A DNA stretch of 64,000 nt from an uncultured bacterium (GTDB lineage: Bacteria > Omnitrophota > Omnitrophia > Omnitrophales > Aquincolibacteriaceae): contig CAZLTL010000006.1 in the NCBI GenBank assembly GCA_964562525.1, positions 31,187 to 95,186 of the forward strand, read 5' to 3'. The position numbers and the translations under genes were made by a program. The notes beneath the pieces are model-generated. The model did not search any database and was not told where the DNA came from. It saw only the letters and a program-made list of their open reading frames with translations. This document shows, piece by piece, positions 45,438 to 57,400 of the stretch (positions within the stretch are counted from its first letter, which is position 1; each line of letters starts with the position of its first letter).

Positions 45438-48400
45438 ATGCGTAACTCGTCCTGGCTTAAATTCACCGCTGGTGTATTTACGTTTCTTTTCGTTTTAAAC
45501 GACATTGGGCAAGCTGCGCCTGCGCTTGACTTTGCGGCGTCGTTGCGTTCAGAAATTCCGCGCGTATCCCATATTGAAATTCCACCTGAAATGGCAACTC
45601 TGGAAGATTGGTATGAATCGCCGAACGTAGGAGATACGCGGCTTATGCTTCACATTCAAGATGCTCACGCTCAGCCTGAAGCGCAAGCACGAATCCGTGA
45701 TCTCATCCACTATTTAAATAAACAGTATGGTTTTAAAACAGTTTTTGTTGAAGGTGCAGCGGAACAACTTGATGTGAAGTGGCTGCATCCATTTAAAAAT
45801 TCTGAACAAAACAAAAAGTGGATTGAAGAAAAAACATCTTCAGGCGAAATGTCGGGCGTTGATTTGGCATTGCTTGATGGCGTTGCCGGGCTCAAGGCTT
45901 TGCCAATTGAAACAATTGAAGGCTATCGGGATGGTTATCAAAAACTGCACGCGGTTTATACCGCTGAACCAGAGGTGAACGAGTTTATTAATTTTTTTGA
46001 CTCCAAGCTCGATTCAGCGGCATCCAAGATTTTGAATGAAAAAACAAGACGTATTCTTTCTGAGTGGAAAAAGTTTGAGTCTGGACATCGTGATTTTCTG
46101 CCTTTTGTTGAAAAATTAGCCGCGCTTGCGAAAGAGGATCTCAAGCTTGATTTAGACGCTCTCTACTCCCAAATCGAATGGCCACAACTGAGTCGGCTAC
46201 TTGTTCTTCAGCGAGTTGAGAAAGAACTCGCTGAAGCGGTGCCGACAGGGCAAAGGTCAAAAGTCAAAGGTCAAAGCCATAACTCAAAGCCGGTTAGCTG
46301 GAGAGAACAAGCGCTCGATGAAAAGGAAATAGTTCTCAATTTGCTAAAAGACGAACAAGCTAGCTCGGGATTGATCCATGGTCTCGAGCGGTTTGACGAG
46401 AAACATCTCAACTTAAACCGTATTACTGTCGGCGATGGAAGGCAATTTTCGAGCCCGCGCGCTTTAGTTGAGCAGTTAGTTGAAGAAACTCGCAAATTTG
46501 AGATTGATTTGCGAGATTATCTCGCTTTTTTGAAATACGCCGGATATTTGATTTTACGCGGCGAACTTCAGCCTTCTTTGCTTTTCAAGGAAATAGAGCG
46601 CCTTTTTGAGAAATTCCTCGAGAAGACTAACGACCCTTCGGCTGAGCTCAGGGCAAGCCAACGACTAACGACTAACGCCGGAGAAGATGTTCAGCGTGAA
46701 GCGCAGAGCGTTAAGCTGATCGAGATCTACCGCGATTCATTTCTTTTAAAAAAGTTGCTTAATCTTGAGCTTTCTCGCGAGGAGTGGCGAAAAGCGCTTG
46801 CGAAGCGGGAGGAGCTTGAACCGCAAAAGATTTTAGGGAGACTAAAGAATCTTGGAGCCGCGGTCCACGGTCCACGAGCCACGGCAAACGAAAAAAAGAT
46901 CACGAATCTTGAACCTCGAACTACGGAAAATCAGGACGTGGAGCGCACGTTTGAGAATGCCTTTGATTTTTATGATGCCGCGTTAGCGCGTGAAGATATT
47001 TTCTTTGAGAAAATTAGTTCGTCTTTGGCTCAAAACGATAAAGCGATTTTGATAACGGGCGGTTTTCATAGCGAAGGAATGAATGCGTTTTTTCGTGAAA
47101 AAGAAATTTCTTACGGAACCTTAACGCCGCGTATTACCAATCTTGCGCCCACTTCTTTGTACCGCAGCGCGATGATGCAAGCGACAAATTTGTCTAAAGT
47201 TTCGTCTCAGCCCACCCCAGCCTTGGCACAGCCGCTCGAGACTATTGCCGCCATGACTGCTTTGAGCGTGGTTGCAGTTCGTTCTGAAAGCCGACTTCAG
47301 ACTGAAGCTGCCGATTTTGTTCAATGGGTTGAGGATTTGAAATTAGTTCGGGATCCAAATAATGCCGCTGAAATCGAAACTGTTTTGCTTCGCCATCGAG
47401 ATCTTTTTAAGCATAGACCCGATGAATTTCCTGAAGAGTCGGTTAGCTTTCGCGGAAGAAATTTGCAGAAGATTCCTTCTCGTTTGATTCATCAGCTTGA
47501 TCTTACTTGGCTTAATGGCCGAAATTCTGATGCCAAACCGATTACAAGAAATGACTTGTTTCAGTTGGTATTTGACCGGCCTTTGGATGAAAACGAAGCT
47601 AAGGGGTTTGCCGGGTATGACAACATACAAAGTTTGCGTGATTTGTTCTATTTTTTGATTACTAAAGAGCATGGCAGAAGTTTGCAGCTTTTTGCAGAGC
47701 AGTATTTTGCTTTGGACTCCGGACAACGAGAGCTTTTTTTGGAGCAAGCATTTGATATTCATCAAATTACTCAGTATTTGATGGGGCAGATGGCTCGTAA
47801 CGATGATTATGAAGTTTCTGATGAGATTTTAACGGCTTACGCGAAAGCATGGCCAATTGTCATTCAATTTGGAGAGGCAGAGCTTCAATCGGGCGGGATA
47901 TTAAAGCGGTTAAAGACCGTTCCGGATTTGCCGGTTGACATCGATTTGCGCTCAAATCAGGATTCGGGGCAAGAAGTAATTTTAGAAGATTGGGAGCGAG
48001 CCCTTTTGCTGCTTGAGAACTATGTTGAGATCGGAGATGAGTCGATTGATACTCAAATCGGAGTGGTTTCATTGGGATTAAGGAGTTTGGCGGGGGATCA
48101 GGCAACGGAGGTTCGCTGGTCTCGTGCATCATCACTGGAACGGGCTGTGGCAGTTCGTCTGGAAGGAACTTTGCCTCTATCTCGCGAGGAAGCGAATCGA
48201 TATTTGCGATGGCTTGAAGTTGCGGATAGCGATTTGAATGGATTGGATCAAGCCAAACTTTTTGAGCCGAATCGTCTGGTCTTGATCGGCAAAATTGCCA
48301 GTTTGCGTGAACAGATAGTTGCTCGTCAGCTGCAGTCTGAATCTCGAGAGGATGAGCGTGATAGGGGAATGGCTCGATCAGAATTACGTACCGTTGAAAT

Positions 48401-51400
48401 TGACGGAGTCACTGCGAACTGGGAAATTGTGGAAAACCTGCTGCTGGGAGACCCCGGAAAATTTGATGCGGCATTCGAGTTTGAAAAAGACGAAGAGGTT
48501 TACTTAAAAATAAAACCCGCCAACTTCAAACAGCAGCAAGATTTGACTGAAGCGGGTTTTGAGTCTGAAAATCCGAATTGGGTTAAGAGTTTAGTGGATG
48601 ATGCGCAGCTGCTTACTTATGTGGTTGGAGCTCAGCCCAAGATCCGTGCTTATCTTGTCCAAGATAAATCAAGAAATACGACCGGCTTAAATCAAATCGA
48701 GTTTGATGCGGGCGGAGTTGTTCGGCCGAAGGGTGATAAGGGTATTTCTGCAAGCCGGTTGAATGAAGCTGGCCAACTAATTACTTTTATACCGCAGGTT
48801 TTTGTTTTAACGAAAGCCGGAGTTTTGCCCGGCAGATTTAAAACTTTATCAGAAAAAGATGAAATAGAACGTGTTGCGGCTGAAAGATTGGCTGCTGAGC
48901 AAGAAAATCTGCGGGCAGTTCAGCGTTCAACTGCCGCATTAAAAGAAATTCAAGACCGCATGAGTGCGCTCGCGGCATCGATGGAAAGTGAGTCTGCGTG
49001 GTCTTTTGTTCCTCAAAGCATTCCTAATATTGATCGTGAGGAAATTGCGGATAGCGATGACCTTAAGTTGATTCGAGCGCGCAGTCAGATGATTTCTGAA
49101 GATTTGAATTCTTTACGAATAGCTTGGCAGCAGGCGACGGATACACAAAAGAAATGGGACAGGCTGCTCCGAGATTGGGCTTCTGCTTACGATAAAATCA
49201 ACAAAGAAAGCAGTAAGCTTGCCGGCTTAAATTTTCAATCGATTGCGGTGAATCTGCAAAGCCGCCGTGAGGCATTGAATAAAATAGAAACGTATCTTGA
49301 AAGTTTGGTCAGAATAATGGGCTCGTTTCAAGCCAAAAAAGCTGAATTTGAAAGCAAATTACAGGCTGAGAAAGAAAGAAAAAGAGCGGAAATAGAGCGA
49401 GTTCGGTTCGAATCTTCTCAGAGGCGTGGTGCTTTTTGGGATAGGGTTAACCGTTGGGGGCCGTTTGGTTTGATCGCTTTTGCTGCAATGGCTCTGATTT
49501 GGTTTTTGGGGATACGCGAAAAAACTGTCGCACCTGAAGTTCGTTTGTCGCAACCGGAAATGATGGATTATTCTTTACAGGGCTTGCCCCAAGGGATTTT
49601 GGACGCAATGCAGCGAAATCGGCAGAATTTGAAATGGACCCCGCAAGAGGTTCTTTTACAGCTGCAGACTCTTATATCAAAGCATGTCACAGATGAGCTG
49701 GATTTGGGGCCAATGACAATTGCTGGTTTTCCAAAAGATTTCGATCAGCTTGAAGTTGTAAACCCGCCCAAGGATGCTTACTCGATTGTTATTCCGGGAG
49801 TGCAATTTTACCAAGCCGAGTTCATTCCGAAGCTGAATAACAAACCGATTAAGCAATTTCAGCAAATGGTTGTTTCAGTAGAAACAGTTCGCGGTGCGAA
49901 AGTATTTTATGCACAAGATACGATTGTGCAGGTGGGCGAATGGCTGCTTTCTTTAGCGGGCGATTCGATTTCTTCAGCGGAGAGTTTGCGGATGGGTGCC
50001 TACATTGCCCAGGAGTTTGCCGGCACCACCTTTGGTTTAGAGCAAATTGATCATTGGCTTGCGAAAAACGGTGCCTCGCAGGCTCCGAGTCCATTGCTGC
50101 GAGGGCAAGTCGATTTGCCGGTAACGTATTTTATCGCTAAAGAACTTGAGGGATTGCTGTCATCAGACTCTCCGTTTGTTGAGCCGTTTCGGGAGCTGGA
50201 GAAGCAATTAAACGGAGGGCAGGGGAATGTTTCCGCTTCCGGTAAGATTTTGACAGCACTCATAATCAGCGTTTACGCAGACTCTAAGCTCTATCTTGAA
50301 AAAATTAGCGTGGATGAGCAAAAGAAAATATTTGATGCATTATCAAGAGAGCTTGTCCCGCTGGTAAATCAGAATGGCGTTGGCGTTGAGGTTGCGGCGC
50401 TTGAGCGCCTGCGCGGTTCGATCACTTTTCGAATGGCGTCGCAAACTCAAATGCTTTCGGCAGGTTTAAGAAATGGTTCAATTACCTCCGAACAAGCAGT
50501 CTTGCTGTGGAATCAGCTGATGGGGTTGGAGGAGGAAAACATTTTAGCGATTGTTGGATATTTAAATCAGAAAAATATTCCTCAGGCCGCCAAGCTTTCT
50601 GGGTTTGTCAAAAGTTACTTTGAGAATGCCCGTGCTCTTAGCCAAGACCCTGATGGGGTAAGGTATATTCGCGAGCAAGTTGAATTAAGAATGAGAATGG
50701 GAACAGAGCTACTGCACAAATCTGAGCAGACAAAACCGGCCGGTCGTTCTGAAATGCGGGAGTTTGGTGAGCTGGTTGAACGTGTTATTTCGCACACTCA
50801 TTCGGATGGTGCGAACAAAGATCAACGGAAAAACCTTGTTGATTTTTTTAGGATGATGTCGCGAGGATATCAGCAAGAGTTTCTTGCGGAGCTTCAGCAT
50901 CAAGCGCAAGGACAGCCTGCAAGGAAAAAAATAAAAATTGTTTTAAGTCATGAAAATCCTGACCCCGACGCGATCATTAGCGTGATCGGCGAAGCATACG
51001 CTCAGTGGGCGGCATTAAGCGATCAAGAAAAAGATAAAACCTTGGTGATGCCTTTGCTTTACGGCGAGGTTCCGGCAAACACCTTGTATTTGATTCAAAT
51101 GCTGGAACGTCTGCTTAAGAATGATACGGTTCCGGATGAACAGGAATATGGCGGAATGCTCATGCTTCGTGGTCCACCTGCAATTTCTGGAAAGACGGCT
51201 CCCGGAACGATTCTAGATTTATTACTTATAATTAGCACTAACGCTTCTCAGCAGGACTTATTTCAGCCGTCCGGAGCGATAGAGCTAACCTTGATCGATT
51301 TTAACCCTTCTATTGCTCCAAAAGATTTGGATCCTCTTATGCCTGCGATTGTCCGAACCCTGGATCATCACATCCAAAATGTTGAAAAAGCACCGAATAT

Positions 51401-54400
51401 GACTGCGGAGGAAACTTTTATTTTTAAGAATGGCTCAGCCTCAACATTAGCCGCATTGCGCGCCGCAGGCTTAGGGACATACTTAAGTCGCTCAGATTTA
51501 TTTACGCAGCAAAATGTTTCGGCCAATTCTTTTGCAGAGGAACGCGAAAAAATGGAATCAGCTATGTCGGCAATTCCACTGCCGTTACGCCTTTTGTTCT
51601 TGCTGGCAATCATGATTGATACCGATAACTTTAAAAACGACAGTACGGTTAAACCTGTTGATATTTTGGTTTATGAGAGTTTACAGAAGTCTTTATCCGC
51701 CGGGCTGGTTTCCTTTTCTGAATTGATTCCTTACCGTGATCTTATTAAAGATTTTTTGTCGAATTATCACCTCAAAAAAGATTTTTTGCAGGATGATTCC
51801 GCTCGTTCAGTCGCAGAGGTCGATGCTCACAATCGCAAGGCCCTCGTGGACTTAATTTTAAAAGGGGATAAGAAGAAATTTCTCACAGCGGATGGGCAGC
51901 CTTTTCTTTTTTCGAGCATTGATCTTTCTTCTGTTTCTGACCTTCCGAGGATTCGTACTGTGCTTGAACTTGCCCTTCAGGATGTGTTTAACCAAGTTAT
52001 TCGTAATTATGGAACAGGTCAAGATGGCAGCTCAGCTGGGGCGGAGCAATATGCTTTTGTCGTAGTTCGTTTTGCTTTTTGGGGCGATCAAAAGGTTGAA
52101 ATTCACACCATGCGAAAAAACTTAACCGCAAATCAACCGGGGATAGATGGGCAGGCTTTGGCAAACTTTATGCAGGCCGCGATGACGACGAATGGCCAAC
52201 CACCCCTTTCAGGCACTTCGCACAAACATGGTTTTGTTTTGCTCCCGGCGACATGGATGCAGCGTAAGCAACTTTCCGGTTTATTGGAAAATTATAAAAA
52301 CCCTGAAAAAGAGACTCGCCGTTCTGAAAGCCGCGCCGGTTATATTTCGAGAAGAACTGCGATTTTTGGGGGATTGATGGCATTGTCCTCTTATTTTGTT
52401 CCTTCGTCATTAGTGGCAGAGCAAAATGCGCAAAAATGGCGTGATGGCGAAAGGCTCATGCACGGTTTAGGCGCTTGGGGTGTTGTCGCGGGCGAGTACG
52501 GCGACACCGATGCTAGTCACATGATTTATCGCGGCCAATCTTTATCTGAAATTAAAATTAGTTTTGATACAAGACGAGGACATGCTCCGCAGGCCGTAAG
52601 CATCAATGCGAATGGCGCCATTCGCGGGCATGCGGTGCAACCAGGAAGAAACGACGGTCTTGCCTCTACTTTTTATCTTCTTCGGTATCACGATGAAAAG
52701 GGCGTTTTACATGACAGCGCTTTGATTCAGAAATTGTTAGGAGTTAAAACACAAGAAGGAAAGCTTGTGTTGGATGTTGAGTTAGGCGACCGCGAAAAGG
52801 GTGCCTCCCGTTGGAAGACTATGAATGCCCAAATTGTTATTTATCCTCCCGATCGTGTTGATGGGACGTTGCGGATGGATATCCACCGCTCTGCTCCTCA
52901 GGGTTTGAAAGTGTCTCAAGAAAAATTAGGTTTAATGGAAGGTCTCATGACGGAATTTATCGCTACGAACCATAGCGGTGCGGATTCTGACTTTGATGGC
53001 AGAGAGTATTCAGATGCTCAGGCAGCTCAATTTTATGATGACAAAGGAAAACTTGTTCTCGATCGAGATTTGAAAAAGGCGCGTGATGAGGTTCCTTCTG
53101 ATTCGGGTTTCAGACTTATAACCGCGGAAGGGGATGATTGGATGCCGAAGAAAATAGGGGGTATAGCGGCTTTTGCGGTGGTAAGTGAAAAACATTCACC
53201 GGCGCACCAATTTAAGCGCATGCCTATTCCTCCGACGATGTTGGTTGTGCCGCATCAAGGATTTTATTTGGCATCAGGTGCGGTGACTTATCGGAAAGGC
53301 GAAACCAATTTTAATTCGGATAATGTGAATGTTACGGTTCAACCCGAAGATGTTGAGGCGGCTTTAAGTAAACCATCATCGGTTTCGGTTTTCTTTATGC
53401 CCGGCGCGACACCTGAATCAGAGAAGCGTATTCCGGCTATGATTCAGTCTGTGCGTCGCTCCGAAGTTCGAGGGGATCAGGACAGGCAATTGGGTGGAGC
53501 AATTTCATTTCCGATTATTATTGGTTTGCTAGGTTCGTTCACCGCCGGCGTTTATGTTTCGATGCTTACACCCGCAATCGCCGGACTCGCTGCGGCGGCC
53601 CTATTCTTTTTACCGATTTATGCTGGCGCACGCTTTTTTTGGCGGACGGTTGTGGAGGGAAAGAATTTTCCATTTCAAAATCTTCAAGACGCCTTTTTGT
53701 GGGAATCGAAACTATTGGCACGCGTTTTATCAAAGAATTGGTCTGAGATTAAACTTTGGATTTTTATGCGAAAAACGCTTTCCGCCGAAGAGATGAGGAA
53801 TCAATTTGATGAGCTCAGCTCTTGGGGGTTAATCCAATCGGACGTGGATGCTTCCTTTTCGGATTCTAAAGATTCTCTCAAGATTCGATTTAAGCTTTTA
53901 AGCTTAGATTCGGAAGAATCGGCCGCAACATCGTCTCATAGCTTGAGTATATCGCGCATTTTTGCCGATGGTGAGCGCGTTTATTTTGAATATTACGATG
54001 ATTCACAATCTCCGGCACGCTACCGCTATCGTATTTTTGATCAAAGCAATTTAAAGAGTGCTGCCGAAGATTTAAGCGCAAACGACTATCGCGCCCAATA
54101 TCGTTCAATTGCCGCACTACATCGATCTGTTCCAACAAGTTTTCTGGATGTCATGAATGATCATAATGAGAGCCCGAGACGCTGGAGCCTTTTGTTTTAT
54201 CCGCTTGTGATTGCGTTTGCAGTATTTGCAGGCTATCAGTATGTGGGAGCTGATGTGATGGACTGGATTTCGCTCTGGCATGATGTGCGATCATCTTATG
54301 TGAAGTTGTTATCGCCGCTTTCCGTTGAAGCGGTGATGGGTATTGGGGTTTTATCTTTGGCAGGTATTGTTCTAGCTTTATTCATTGTTGATCGGGTTTT

Positions 54401-57400
54401 TCTTTTTCTTCAAACATTGATATTTATGATTGCCTCGCTTCCGGCAACTTTGGTCTATGCACTTATTTATTATTCGCGCGTTCCCGATTTAATTTATTTT
54501 GCGTTTTCAAAAAGTGGCAAGCTCAAGCCGACACTTCTGAATAAGCTGGTTAATTTATCGGTTGGTTTGGATGAAATGGAACCCGAGGAACCTGAGTTCG
54601 GAGAAGAGGAAAAATCTGCCCTGATTCGTGAGCAAATAACTCAAACACTTTCAAGTTACGAGATTGGCGTTGATGATCAAATTACTTATTTTGGGAATGA
54701 TCGCCGCTTGGCAAATGAGTTGGCAGCATTTCAGCCCGATACCTATGTTGTTATTTCTCCTGAAAGTGAAAATCTCTCCCAAATTGAAATTGATTTAACG
54801 GCCCCATTTGATGGCGAGGGCATTTGGGAAAGAGCGACCGATAAAACAATTGTTTTTTTTGATGATCACGCCCAAGAAACATTTACCTTTGTGAATGAAT
54901 TGGATTTTAGCCGCGACCAGGTTGTGATTATCGACCCGGACGTTGAAGTGACTTGGGATGAACTGAATGCCTTTTTAACTCAGACGACAGGGACTGGTCT
55001 GATCGTTGGTCATCGCAGTTCCTTTCCGGAAAACTGGGAAAATTTGCTGGGGGATGACGAGCGTTTTGAGGTGCTTGAGGCTGATGATATTGTCACTATT
55101 CACATGAACGATATCAATCGTTCTGAAACACGTTTACAAAAAGCATCATTGCAAATCGTTGACGCGCTTCAAGGCTACGCAAATTGGCTTTCAACATCAG
55201 AGTATGATTTAAGCGCTTCCGCGGTGCGCAAGCAACCTCAACGACTGCGTGAAATAGGTGCTTTTATGGTTTTAGGCAATCCGGATGCTAAAACATTTAT
55301 TGAGTTTGCTAAAGGCTGGTATGAGATTGCTCAAAAAGTTCAGCGCCAAATTCCGATTGTCATAGCCGGAGGCATTGGCAGGGGAACAATAGGTTTGATT
55401 GATACGACGCTTGAGCACTATAGGCAATTAGGACGTTTGAATCCCGCAGAGGAAAAACTTTTGCTCAAAATGCGTTCTCAGGTTGAAAGTTATCTTGAAG
55501 CGAAGGCGTCTGCCGCGATTGCCCGATCAAAACAGCCTGAACATCCCGGTGTGACGGAAAAAAATGTCATCATGTTTATTTTTGCCAAAGAAGGTGTTGG
55601 GCGTTTTGCGTCTCAGCCAGGCAAAGTCGAAGCTTTTGACCCCAGACAGAATTACACCGGGGCTCCGGTGTATTTTGAAAATGGAAACTCGACAAACACT
55701 CCTGAGAACTTTGAGTTTTCCAAGCCTGTTTTTGAATCATTGGTTCAAGAGGGTTTGATTCTGCCTAATCAGAAAACTGTCATTGTGACCGAACCCGCGC
55801 TTTTGGCGAGAATTAAACCTACTTTGCTTTATGTTGCAAAGGAAAAGGGCTGGCAAGGAGATATGAATTGGCCGCGCGCGCGGGTTTATCCGCTTGATTT
55901 AAAAAAGCTGTTTAAGCCGAATAGCATGACTGCGGAAAACGCACAGCGGTTGCTGGATAAAATTCTTTATTGGGCCGGGCCCTCTAAGCGCATGATCGAA
56001 ATGTTTCCCGACTCCGCAAAGAATGTGAGTGAGCTTAAAAAATATGCAGACCAGTATTGGGGGGCTATTTCTGATGGCGGGCTTGACTTTAAAGTGCCCG
56101 TAGAAAAGCTGCGTGAGCGCGTGCCTGAGTACTCAGCTGCGGAAGGCTTGATTCAATCCACATTGATGGCAACCGATGAGTTTCTAGATGCTTTGAGTGA
56201 AGCCAGTTACAAAATTGAATTCGATACGTTGAACCGCACTTTTACGGTCACCGCCCGATCTGAGTCGCGAATGCTTGGAAAAGATAGTTTAATCACCACC
56301 GCAAAAATGACTTTTGAGAATGCTTTGGCCATGGTGAAGCGACGCGGTTCGGATGCGATTACAGATGAGACAGTGAGATTAGCCGAAAACTATCATCGTA
56401 CCCCAGAAGCATGGATCATTGCGAATGAAGAGGAACGCCGCTATGCCGAGCGGCTCTCTTCGATGACTTTGGCGGAAATGAAGGAACATGCTGAAGACAA
56501 AACAAATCCGATTTACGGAGAATTAAACAAATACCGAGGCTTCGATTCAATTGTCAATTATCTCAGTAACGTTCAGGCCCGTCGCGGCGGACAATCGCTT
56601 TCCATTGCGCAACGCTGGATCGATATCCTTACCCAAAGTAACCCGGAAGTTATGGCACAATTTTTTGAGGGTGACCCCGATAATAAGGCGTTGCAAAACT
56701 TGCGTTTTTACCGAGCGTTTTTGCGTGAAATGATTTACCGTTGGGACACCAATGAGAAACCGCGTTCCGCAGAATTGTTTAATGCTCGTTCCGAAATGCG
56801 TTTAGCGGACGAAGATCGCGCTGCCCTTGAGCAATCACTTTCGGAGCTGATGAAATATTTGTCGCAAGGACGCGTTTACCGCATGACACCGGGAATGAAA
56901 GCCTTTGAAATGGACGAGTCATCACGGCCAATGGCTTGGGATGAAATCGCTAATTTGCCTGAGGACTATTTGCCGGATGCAGTTTTATATTTTGGCAGCC
57001 GTGATGATCAGGTTCCGCAGCTTTCGATACCGGTTTTACAAAAAATGATCGCGCGTAAACCTGATTTGAAGATTGTGACCACCGGCAAATGGAGTGATAC
57101 GCATACGGAACTGGCCGGAAACTTCAAAGATGAGTCCGGCGCGCGGATTTCCGAGGCTGAGCATTTTGCCCGCATTCTCGAAAGAGAGTTGGCAATTCAA
57201 GTCGAGCGCGAATCCAATTCAACCAATACCGGACAAAATATTTCGATGGGGCGGGAAAAGTTGACCCAAGCCGGAGTTGATACAAAAAATATTAAACTAT
57301 TGGTTGTCGCTCAGCCGGCGCATCAGCGCCGTGTCGGCGCTTCGGTGTTGAAGCAATGGCTGAAGCCCGAAGAGCTTGCGGGAGGAGACTATCAATTGCA

